From the NCBI GenBank assembly GCA_950097015.1, contig CATNEN010000024.1, forward strand, positions 434,001-498,000: a DNA stretch of 64,000 nt, given 5' to 3'. Source of the DNA: Macrostomum hystrix. Its lineage: Eukaryota > Animalia > Platyhelminthes. The notes beneath the pieces were generated by a model that did no database searches, had not been told where the DNA came from, and saw only the letters and a list, made by a program, of their open reading frames with translations. A program made the position numbers and the translations under genes. Below are positions 47,313 through 59,700 of this stretch, one piece after another. Within the stretch, counting starts at the first letter, position 1. Each line of letters opens with the position of its first letter.

Positions 47313-50300
47313 GCACTGCCTGCAATTGTTGTTTTTTGTTCAAGTAAAGTTAACAATGTTAAAGTTTGAAGGGTTGGCCACACGATGTCTTGCAAGCTCA
47401 CGAAGTTCCTTCTCTATCCCTTCTATTCCTATTTTTCTCCATTGTCTTAACTTTCAACTGATGTCTACTAACAGTTACCAGAAAACTATTTAATGAGATT
47501 AAGGCATTAAAAAAATAATGCTTGACTTTTGTCTCTCATTGTTAAGTACAAAAGATAGAAACCAAATTGTTTAACATTGTCTACTTATTGAAGGATACTA
47601 AAAATATCTTCTTATCAAATTATATTCTGGATACCATGCCTTGTTACAATTATATGAAATATAATGTGGTTTAGATAGACTTAGCTACTAACATATGTAC
47701 TATTCAAGTAATAAAAATTAGACTAAGTTATACATTTTAGTGATTTAACCAATATGTTACAGAAAAACTTTTATATAACTGACATTAAAATAAACAAAGT
47801 AGCAAATATATGTTGGCATCATGGGCAAATGCTTTGCAGTTATACTATATACCAAACATTAGTATTACAAGTCTAAGCAAAGTCTTAGTTTCCAAACAAG
47901 GACAAGTATTTATCTACCTAATAAAATGTGCTTTCAAATTGCCTTGGTAGCAAGTAACATAAACTTAAATGTTCTAAGAGTGGCATTTGGCCACAACTGC
48001 TCCTTTCTAGAAAGTTTGGTTGTGCTCTAACTCTGATATGCCACTGGCACTGGTCAAAACTAATGGCAAACACTTAACACACAAATTAGCTTGATAGCAT
48101 ATTAACAGTAGAACTACCAAGGGGGGAATTCCCCCCCCCTTGGTAGTTCTTAAAGACAAAAAAGGACAATTTTTTGCTGCACCTGAATGGGACAATGCAA
48201 GCACACGAAACTCAAGAACATGGGCCAACTTTTTTGTTGCCCATCTTCTGAAACAAGAAACAGTTGCCAGCTCTTCAGACCATCGAGATATTCAATTTTT
48301 ATGGCCAAAGGTCCGATTTTTCCTATAAGAGCTAGTCCTGGTGTATTTCATACACACCTATACACAAATTTGCACTGTGCCTCAGTGCGGCCTTTCCAGA
48401 CCTTCAAACTTTATCAGCATGTCACCCGAATGTGCCTGCATGATCTCCATCTTTGGTCGTCACCTACCTTTATCTAGACAGACTGCTGGACCTTCAAGGG
48501 CTACAACAGGTGGAACTAAGCTACTATGGACACCCTGATGCGAATTTCTCCAATTTCACTGTTCACCTATTAGGCACAGCACAACCACAGGAGACAGGAC
48601 ACCCTCAACTAGTCTGTCAACCAATCAGTCACCCCCAAAGCATTCAGGCACTGGCAAAAACATTTTCAGGGGGGAATTCCCCCCCCCTTGGTATAAAAAC
48701 GGGCAGCAAAATGGCTTGGTAGTCCTGGCAAAGTTAACCGACATTCTGTACATTGCCCTTCAAGAGAAAAGGCCAGAAAAAATGAGAGAACAGCCAGTCT
48801 AGCTAGTTGATACAATATTGCAAAAATATGTCCACTCCATGTAGATCGGATGTCACCTAAGCAAAAATTATAGAAGTATAAAAGAACTATAGAAGATAGA
48901 AGCTGCATTCTAGGATAGATTTATAAGTATAAAAGTAGTAGATCAAACAACAATTACAATTACATACAGAGGTTACAAAAGTAAAAGTAGCTTGAAATAC
49001 AGGCAAGTGAACAGAATTGCCTGTGATGTACTGTGCTGTGCAGCAGACCTTGTCCTTAGTTCAGCGTTAGTCCAACAAAGTGACTCGTGACTCGTCCAGG
49101 TCCAATTAACCAAGCTTTATGTATTGTGCAAAAAGCGACAAGAATTTGAAAAGCTGAAATAGATTTTAGAAGAAGTGTCAGGTACATTTAAAGTCAAATT
49201 ATTGCTAAAAATAATTCTGCCTGCTACATGCTATAATGTAATAACTTTATGAATATTGTAGTTGTACTCGTCACTTGTAAGCCTGAAATATTAACATTAG
49301 AAATTGTAAGCTTTTGAATTAGCGCCAGATAGCAGAACGTCAAGGTTTTAACGAAATGTAAATTATCCTTAACACATTAATAGTTATGTATGCACATTTA
49401 ATCAATAAATATTAGTAATCTTAAAATATACTGCAGAAGCTTTTATCAAAAAACGCTGACTAAATGTTTATACTAGCATCTAAATTCTCCCTAGTTTTTA
49501 ACATCGCAAATTCCTTCATTTTTATTTGCATTAAACATGTGGTCGACCTAAACGTTTATTAAAAAAGCTTCATTGAGGCCGCATTTATTTTTTGATACTA
49601 TACTTTTTTTGCATTTTTTAATTAGGTCTATGCATATCCTACTTAATTTATTCGAAATAAGTGGTATTAATAATGTACTCGTAATTTAGTTAGTCTGACT
49701 TTATATTACTTTTATTGTCCATGTGACACTTGTACAGTTGCATACAATCGCATGTGATGCAAGCAAGCATTTCGCTCTGATAATTTTGTTCCTAAATTTA
49801 GTTCTTTTAATCCATTTTTTCAAAATGTATTCGCTTTTATATTTAATGTTTTGAAAAGAAGCACTTTTCGGTATAGAAAATTTATTGTGGTATCCCTCTT
49901 GCCATTTCGAATGGCTGCGCTTTACACACTATTTATGGAAGTTTACAAACCGAATATAGAACTTGGTTTTAAGCGACGGTTAGCCTTAGTACTCCTGGTT
50001 TAATTTTTTATACAATTAATCCACATTAAGTGCCCCGCATCTGAAAAGCAGACTGAATCGAAAATGTTTGTGACTAACTCATTATGGGCTTTTTGTTTCT
50101 TAAGCTATTAATAATTACATAGTTTTCTATAATAACACTATCTTGTCAGCTAGAAATTATCATTTGTATTTTTTGTTGACTTTTTATCGATATTTATTTT
50201 ATAACAGCTTGCTTAGTAGAAAATATTGCTTTGGAAATAGTATTCTGAAACTTGTGACAACGTAACACTATTTAGACCTACGCTAAGTTATATTTCTCTT

Positions 50301-50723
50301 CGAGATAGTAACGTCACAAACTAATGATTTTGTGGTAAACTTTAGTACGAGTGTTGTTTTCGTTCCTGTTGTGGCTTCTAGAGTAGTTCAGCCGTCACAG
50401 AAAATAAGCCTGGCAAAAGTTTATTCATCAAACACTTTCCACTATACTTAACCGTTCAAATTGGCGTTTTTCCTAACCAAAGTAACGCTAGCATAAAAAA
50501 GACTGCAAGCTCATGCTTCGACTCGCTTTCAGACTCACAAACACAGACCAAAGGTGTAATCAGAGCGCTCGGCCATAACATCCTTGTCCAACAGTGCGTA
50601 GCAGTCTAACAATCAGGTTGATTTAATTCAATACAAATTAATCAGGAAAGGTTATACCCCCGTCAGTCCCGGATTCGCAGAGACCGACTCCTTCCGACTC
50701 GAGCTGTTATCGGTCGGTGGCCA

Positions 50724-53700
50724 ATGCCTGGCAGCCGAAGCTCCTTCAACCGTCAGGACTCCAAGGAGGACTCGTTCTACGGCGGCGGCGGCGGCGGCGG
50801 CGGACAGACAGCATCCGCGAAGCAGCGTCAGCAAGGCCGAGGGGGCAGTCCCTCACCGACTTCGCCGACGCGCACTTTCTCGCGTCGAAGTCGGACGCCG
50901 TCGCCTCAGTTAGAGAAGCGGAAGAAGGACAAGCAGCAGCAGCGCGTGCGATCGGAGAGCCGAAACTCGCAGCCAGCTGCTGCCGGAAGTCCGACCTACA
51001 GCGACGAGTTTGAGTCCGATCCCGAGTACGATCAGCACTCAAAGACTGCTCTGAGAGGTAGAGAGAATTTTCACCGTTCTAATAACTAGATAAAATATTT
51101 ACTTGTCCATAATTTCGCCAGTAGCAAAACCATTAGCTTCTTTTTGAACATTTACACAAAAATACTCAACGCATGTTTGCTTTTAGCTTCGTGACATTAA
51201 CACAGAGTGTTTGCTTTGTATAATACTTAACTAACTTTCTTTGCCGAGTTACTAGGTCCTGTATAACTAACAGTAACTAAAATCAGATTATTCAATTGTT
51301 TCCAAAGTCACTTGAAATGTACTGAATTCACTGTTCTTTGCAGCCAGTTAAAAGCTTGTGTTAGTTACTTACTTCTAGGGGGTGAATGGCAGAGCGCTTG
51401 CATCTCGCGCCAAGGTCCCTGAGCTCGATTCCGCGGCAGGGCCACATTCATTTGGGGCGCAGCCGCGGAGAGAAGGCTTGGGGCTTGCTGTGCAATTTAC
51501 GCCCTTGAGGGCCAATCCCCAAAGGCACAGTGAGTGTGTACACTGCCTGACGATGAGAAAGTCAGGGCAGATGTACACACCTGTGTGAGCGTGTGCCTGC
51601 GTACAGTATCTGTGTGCGTGTGTGCTCAAGAGTCAGCGAAATGGGCAGAATTGCCTCCTCGCTGGCTGCAGGTCAAGTGTCACCAAATGATGTGCCATAG
51701 CCCACAGCCCTCCTGCAATCATAATTACTATTGGTAATAATTATCTGCAGACCACATGCGTGCCACGTGTGTAATTTTGTATCAAGATCACACATTATCT
51801 CGTGTTAGATTCTGAAACTCCTTGTTGCAGACTCAGAGCCAGAGGAGCCATTAAAAGGGCCGGCTAAGAAGACCAGCCGAGGCTCGAGCTCTGTGCCACC
51901 TGGCCAGACAGCTCAAGCTGCTGGCAAGCAAATTAAAGGTAACATTAGCTGAAGATTTACCAAAGCAGAGTCAGAGAAGCGACATCAAAGTGCTGATTCT
52001 GTAATATGTGGCAGGCACTGATGCGAAAAGTTGTTGTCGTTAAATTCATGTGTTTGGCTGATTTAGATGAAATTCTATCCTTGATTTATTACAAATCTTA
52101 CCGGATAAATTAAGTCCTCCGTTTTTGTTGTTGCACAATTATAAAAAATAATTCATATTGAAGAGTCTTGTACCAAACTTCTTAAGAATGGGTCTGGCTT
52201 ACTCTATTAAAAACACCATGAGGATATTTGACATTAGGGGAATGATCCAAAAAATTGGGTTGATAGATGGCCTGTGGATCACTAATAACCTGGCGGTGAT
52301 CAGCTGTCGATGGTAATTGGCGACAATCTTGATGCCTTGTATCTCTTCGGACTTAGTTATTGTTTTTTATTTAGTCGATGAAATTGGGGGTAATTGGTCT
52401 TTCGAATTTTTTTTAGTATGTTGAAAGTTGAACAAGCAAAATAGGCTCAACTTTTGCCAAGAGGTTTTTGCAAAAAGAATGTGATAATCATCAGAGGGGG
52501 CAAGTTTTGCTAGTCCATTATACTAATCACTCCCTTTTTTAAATTTAGTTTTACTACTAGAAAATGTAATTAGCAAGTCTCCAAAATATGAAACCATAAT
52601 TTAATAGTATGGAACTATCAGCACAGATTTTGCATGCTAGCACAAACGCAAGCTGCGTAAAACAAATAATTACTTTTGGAAAGTAAAAAATATGCCTAAA
52701 TATTTTAGAATCTCAGTAACATCTATTATAAGCTAGAATTTTTTCGGATATTTCTGATTCTGATTCCTGCATCATTAAGTGAAACAGCTACAATAATGCA
52801 ATATTAGTGAGGTCCTCGCTTCTCAAGTACGAATCCTTGAGAAAGATATTTATTGTGGGCGTGGACTGGACAGTTGTACACAGCCTTTGGAGCTACTGAC
52901 TGTACATCTGGCCCAACTGTGTACACCCGTCGTATTATCTCGCATTTATCTCGCAGTCTTAAATAGGCATTTGCTAACTGCTTTGCGGTGTCTGTCTCTG
53001 GTTTCAGCAAAGAAGACGGTGGCAGGCGGCAGGCAGAATCACCACCAGCCCCACAATCAGCACCGGAGCAGCACCCAGCGATCGCAGCAGGCGGCTGGTC
53101 CGGGCGGCTCCAGGCCCCACCATCTGTCACCGCGCCAGCTGGACCAGGCCACCAGGCGAGTCATGAGCGCAAAAAATCGCAAACTGGCCGAGTTGAAGAA
53201 CGAGTTGGACTACGCGCTGAAGGAGCTGAACGATCTGCGGACGGAGAATCGTCTGCTACAGAAGCAGAATCGCATTAACGAGCGCGCTCTCAATAAATAC
53301 GACAATGAGGACTCGCAGCTGTCGCAGACCATCGCCAAGCACCAAGAGGAGGTGCGCGCGCTCAAGGAGCAGCTGCGTCGCTACAAAGACCGCTGCTCGG
53401 AGGCCGGGGTGAGGAACAAAGACCTCGAGGCTGAGAATGCCCGGCTGAAGAAGTTCAACGATCGGCTGAGGGAGCAGGCCAGTCAGGAAGGCCTGCCGGA
53501 CAGGGAGGCACTGGCAAGGCGGGTCAACGAGCTGGAGGATGACAACGCCGAGAAGGAGAAGAAGATTCAGGTGCGGAGTGGGCTGCTCCTCATTAGCAAG
53601 ACTCCAGGAGTCACTCCCTTCATCTGATGAGTCACTCCTCTCATCTGCTTCGTCACTCCTCTCCTCCGATTTGTGACTCATCTTATCTGATGGGCCACTC

Positions 53701-56700
53701 TTCATGATAATAAGATCTTCCATCTCTCATTATCCTTGGTCTGTCACTCCTGTATTTTTATCTGTCACTCCTGTTCTCTGATCTGTCACTCCTGTTCTCT
53801 GATCTGTCACTCCTTTTCTCTGATCTGTCACTCCTGTATTTTTATCTGTCACTCCTGTATTTTTATCTGTCACTCCTGTATTTTTATCTGTAACTCCTGT
53901 ATTTTTATCTGTCACTCCTGTACTCTGATCTGTCACTTCCGTACTCTTATCTGTCACTCCAGTACTCGGATCTGTCACTCCTGCATTTTAATCTGTTACT
54001 CCGTTATTTTGATCTGTCACTCCACAAAACAACGCGCAGGATCTGGAGCGACACCTGGAGCACCTGCAGAAGAATCACCGACACGAGGTGGCCATCGAGG
54101 TTCACCGGCACAAGGACACTCAGCGCCGAGTCCGGGAACTTGAAGAGCAGCTGCAGGAGGCAACCAATGCGCTCAAGGTAACCCTGGGGAAAAACACAGC
54201 AAAAGTACATTTACCAAACTTACCTAGCCAGAATGAAATGCGAAACTAGAGAATAGCAAGGTACGACTTCATTGATTAAGCAGCACATCTTTGTGTCACC
54301 CGAAGCCATTTAATCAGAACCGTTGTGGGCTCAATTTGCGTGTCTGAGTTGATTTCATGCAGAATAGCAGATGGGACAGACGAGATCCTTTATGAGTAGA
54401 CTTTTGAGCACGAACGTTCCCAAATGGGATGCTACTTCAGTGGGATTCTGTATTAGGATGTTGTTTATCCTTTCTGTAAGACATTTTTAACGAACGGTAT
54501 GATCTATCAAGACAAATCAAATAGATCTGTGATTTTGATCAATATCTACATTAGACAAATAGATCTAGGATTGCAATCAATATCTACGTTAGACAAATAG
54601 ACCTATTATTGCAATCAATATCTACATTAGACAAATAGATCTAGGATTGCAATCAAGATCTACATTAGACAAATAGACCTAGGATTGCAATCAATATCTA
54701 CATTAGACAAATAGATCAAGGATAGCAATAAACTTTAGATTAGACAAATAGACCTAGGATTTCAATCAATTTTAGATTATAAACGATTGCAATCAAACAT
54801 ACAAGACTGTTTAAAATCACAAGATCCAGATCATATATTCGCATGTTGCTACTTATATAATAGTATTAAGAGTAGCAATCGAAGATTTTTAACGCTTGAG
54901 TGCTTAATCTAATCAACTAGTAAAATTTGCTCACCTAGGAGAAGGAGAAGATCCTCGACATTCAAAACATCTACGCCCAGCGCGCAGTCCGGCCGCCGCA
55001 TCATCTCAGCAGCTCCGCTGGCGCCGGCTCCGTCCAGAATTTGCGATTTAACAGCGCGACAAAGTCGGACAATTCAACGCCTAGGGATAAGATGAAGGCC
55101 TACGAGGAGAAGCGGCGACTTCAGCTGGAGGTGAGGGTCTTGCCTGTACCAAAGGAACATACCGGTATAGTGGAAAATGCAGATACTGTCATCTCGTGCA
55201 CCGAGTGGGGTACGAACTCGCGGCAGTAACGGCTACTGGCGTCATGAACTCGACAACAGAGTCACCGAAATACAATCATTGAGCCACGACTCTATGTAGG
55301 GGTTGTAGCCTAGTTGGGGGTTGTAGCCTAGTTGGGGGTTGTAGCCTAGTTGGGGGTTGTAGCCTAGTTGGGGGTTGTAGCCTAGTTGGGGGTTGTAGCC
55401 TAGTTGGGGGTTGTAGCCTAGTTGGGGGTTGTAGCCTAGTTGGGGGTTGTAGTCTAGTTAGGGGGTTGTAGCCTAGTTGGGGGGTTGTAGTCTAGTTGGG
55501 GGTTGTAGTCTAGTTAGGGGGTTGTAGCCTAGTTGGGGGTTGTAGCCTAGTTAGGGGGTTGTAGCCTAGTTGGGGGTTGTAGCCTAGTTGGGGGTTGTAG
55601 TCTAGTTAGGGGGTTGTAGCCTAGTTGGGGGTTGTAGCCTAGTTGGGGGTTGTAGTCTAGTTAGGGGGTTGTAGTCTAGTTGGGGGTTGTAGTCTAGTTG
55701 GGGGTTGTAGCCTAGTTAGCGGGTTGTAGCCTAGTTAGGGGGTTGTAGCCTAGTTGGGGGTTGTAGCCTAGTTGGGGGTTGTAGTCTAGTTAGGGGGTTG
55801 TAGCCTAGTTGGGGGGTTGTAGTCTAGTTAGGGGGTTGTAGCCTAGTTAAGGGTGTGTAGCCTAGTTAAGGGTGTGTAGCCTAGTTAAGGGTGTGTAGCC
55901 TAGTTAAGGGTGTGTAGCCTAGTTGGGGGTTGTAGCCTAGTTAGGGGGTTGTAGCCTAGTTGGGGGGTTGTAGCCTAGTTAAGGGTGTGTAGCCTAGTTG
56001 GGGGTTGTAGCCTAGTTAGGGGGTTGTAGCCTTAATTGTGAGAGCGTCGGACTCACGAATTGAAAGTTGAAGGCTTGATTCCCGACTCCATTAAACCAAT
56101 CTGCGTCCTTTAGCAAGACACTTAACTCTGCATTGCTTCAGTTCATCCAGCTGTTAAATGGGTACCAGCATCGGCTGGGGTAATGGAGAGTGGAGGTGTG
56201 GCGTCCCCCCAGTCCATGGACCGAACAGCCGTACGCAGCCTTCAGATGCGCCGCGCAATAGCTGCGGCTGTGCTGTCGGCTCTGACAGGTCCAAGGTCCC
56301 TCAGCTTCGAATCCCTGACGAAGCGCAATGCCACCTATAAATATTATATATCTACAGAGGCATTAAGACGAGAAAAATTGCAACTGGTGGAGACAAAATA
56401 TGGGGAATTGTGCTATGAAATTTCATAATGAAAAATTTAGGAAAGTGATTTTTTCTTTACTTTCTCATTCGGGGTTTCTTACAAAAAGCGATTAAGCACA
56501 ACTGACGTTCAAATCTGTACAGAAAACTTTTTTTACAACTTTCAAAATCAGGAATGAGTTTGCGTGAAATCCGTGACACATTGTTTGCTGAGTTACGTCT
56601 ATTAGAATTTGTAACGACTTTGCGACTATAGAGCAGGGTTCAATAGACTCAAGTGAATGAGGGCCGCGTGGCGCAATGGATAACGCGTCTGACTACGGAT

Positions 56701-59700
56701 CAGAAGATTCCAGGTTCGAGTCCTGGCGTGGTCGCTCAGATAAAATACCATTTTTTCCGATTTTTTGGCAGAATTGCTTTAATGTTCATAAAAGTATTTT
56801 TGGCTCTAAGAAATCGTTCTATAAAAATCGTTTTTCCATTTTTTAACCAGGCACAGAAGAAAGCCAACGCCCCAGCAGTAAGATTTACTCGTTTCTTTAT
56901 TTTTTTGTTTTCGGAACTCTGTCTCATTGTGAATTGTATTTGTTTTTTAAGTATTTTGGAAAATATTTATTAGGGAAATAAAATAAACTAACGGATCGCA
57001 TGGTTAGAGACACGGGAGAGATGAGACACGGGAGAGATGAGACACGGGAGAGATGAGACAAGGGAGAGATGAGACACGGGAGAGATGAGACACGGGAGAG
57101 ATGAGACACGGGAGAGATGAGACACGGGAGAGATGAGACACGGGAGAGATGAGACAAGGGAGAGATGAGACACGGGAGAGATGAGACAGGTAGAGATGAG
57201 ACAAGGGAGAGATGAGACACATGGGAGATGAGACACGGGAGAGATGAGACAAGGGAGAGATGAGACAAGGGAGAGATGAGACACGGGAGAGATGAGACAC
57301 GGGAGAGATGAGACACGGGAGAGATGAGACACGGGAGAGATGAGACAAGGGAGAGATGAGACACGGGAGAGATGAGACAAGGGAGAGATGAGACACAGGA
57401 GAGATGAGACACGGGAGAGATGAGACAAGGGAGAGATGAGACACATGGGAGATGAGACACGGGAGAGATGAGACAGAAAGAGATGAGACTCGGGAGGGAT
57501 GAGATATGGGAGAGAAAAGACAGTGGAGAGATGAGACACGGGAGAGATGAGACTCGGGAGGGATGAGACACGGGAGAGTTGGGACAGGGTAGTTTTGACA
57601 GGGGAGAGATTGGACACCGGACACAGGAGATAAGTAGAAAGTGACTGACGAGAATCTAGATGTTGGATTTAACCAGGGGGTCGAATTCGGGGAGCTTTGC
57701 AGGTGGGAGTTCTGTGCTAATCTGTGCTTCAACTATATTGGCATGTCATTTCATTGAGTTGCTTATCTGAACGATATGTACAACGTTTCAGTATTTTTTG
57801 TTGTTTTGCGTGTCAAGACTACATTTATGTATGGATAGTTGTAATGTATATATGGATGTTCTGTGGTTCTAGATTGTAAAATGCCTTTTAGTCCCATCTT
57901 TTGTTGCCTGCCTGTGCATTCAGTGGCGGCGCAGGACCTCCAGCTGGGGGGGGGGGGCGGTGGTTGGGTGGTCACCCCCCCGGCCACCAAAAAAAAAGGT
58001 CTCAGGTGACCACCCCCATGCCCCATGGGGTGACCACACTTTTGAAAAAATATGGTAAAGTACCAATTTTTTTTAAGTGGGTGGTCACCCCCTGAGGGTG
58101 GTGAGGGGTGGTCACCCGGGGGCAGCCCGCCCCCCCGCCCCCCCTGCGCCGCCACTGTGTGCATTGATCACAATTCTTTTCTGTTGCACAATATATTTCC
58201 GTGTCACAACAGTTTTTCTTTATTTACTTCCACAGGAAACAAAGCCAAAGGTTGTTGTTTTTAATGATCAGAAAAAAGGAAAATTACGCGTATTTGGAAA
58301 GCTGGCACATATAAACGCAATAAATGCAGAAATATATTTATCGAATTTGTCACGCGCTAACTGCCACTAACTCAAATGATAAAAACTGAATAATATGCTA
58401 AAATGCTACTATAAAAAAGAGAAGTAGAATGAAATAGAAATAGTTTTGTCACTGGAAAGTCATGTTGAATCAGGAATGAAAGAAATACAGTTCATTTTTA
58501 GATTGCCAGGTGCAAATGTAGCTAATCTATCAAACTATCAATCATCAAACTATGTTTTGCGCAGTGCGCGTTAAAAGACTCGGAAACTTTCCATTCTACA
58601 CTACTATTAGTATAAACGTTTGGTTGAGAATGATGACTTTGTCTACGAGTATTTAGTTTAGCACAAAAAGCGCTCGAAACTTACACCAAAAACAGGAGAA
58701 GCGCAAGAAGCAGAAGGAAGTCATCGCCGAGGAGTCGCCAAAGGAGGCGCCGCGCAGTGCGAAGCCGGAGCCGCAGGATGAGCAACCAGATGTCGGCAGC
58801 GACGACGACGAGGCTGAGAGGCAGTGCCAGCTGGAAGCGGAGCAGGCCGAGGCAGAGGAAAGGCAGCGACGCGAGGCCAAGGAGAGAAAACGGCGGGAGG
58901 AGGAGGAGGAGGAGACGCGAAAGGAGAGGCAGCGGTGAGCGGGCGGGGGACTTGTGGTGCAGTTGCTGGTTTCCCTCAAGGATCATGTGGAGTGTCAGCT
59001 GGTTTCCCTGAGGGATCATGCGGAGTGTCAGCTGGTTTCCCTGAGGGATCATGCGGAGTGTCAGCTGGTTTCCCCAGGGATCATGTGGAGTGTCAGCTGG
59101 TTTCCCTGAGGGATCATGTGGAGTGTCAGCTGGTTTCCCTGAGGGATCATGTGGAGTGTCAGCTGGTTTCCCTGAGGGATCATGCGGAGTGTCAACTGGT
59201 TTCCCTGAGGGATCATGCGGGTGTCAGCTGGTTTCTCTGAGGGATCATGTGCAGTGTCAGCTGGTTTCTCTGAGGGATCATGTGGAGTGTCAGCTGGTTT
59301 CCCTGAGGGATCATGCGGAGTGTCAACTGGTTTCCCTGAGGGATCATGCGGGTGTCAGCTGGTTTCTCTGAGGGATCATGTGAAGTGTCAGCTGGTTTCC
59401 CTGAGGGATCATGCGGGTGTCAGCTGGTTTCTCTGAGGGATCATGTGGAGTGTCAGCTGGTTTCTCTGAGGGATCATGTGGAGTGTCAGCTGGTTTCTCT
59501 GAGGGATCATGTGGAGTGTCAGCTGGTTTCTCTGAGGGATCATGTGGAGTGTCAGCTGGTTTCTCTGAGGCATCATGTGGAGTGTCAGCTGGTTTCTCTG
59601 AGGGATCATACGGGTGTCAGCTGGTTTCTCTGAGGGATCATGCGGGTGTCAGCTGGTTTCTCTGAGGGATCATGTGGAGTGTCAGCTGGTTTCTCTGAGG

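Noticed and set aside
51546-51570. Hammerhead-like CTGACGA..GAAA..TC
   Set aside because: There is no room for stems II and III, and CTGAC pairs better with GTCAG in a simple hairpin.
55450-56020. TTAGGG motifs suggesting telomeric repeat
   Set aside because: Incidental variants of the 18-bp SINE-head monomer, not (TTAGGG)n.
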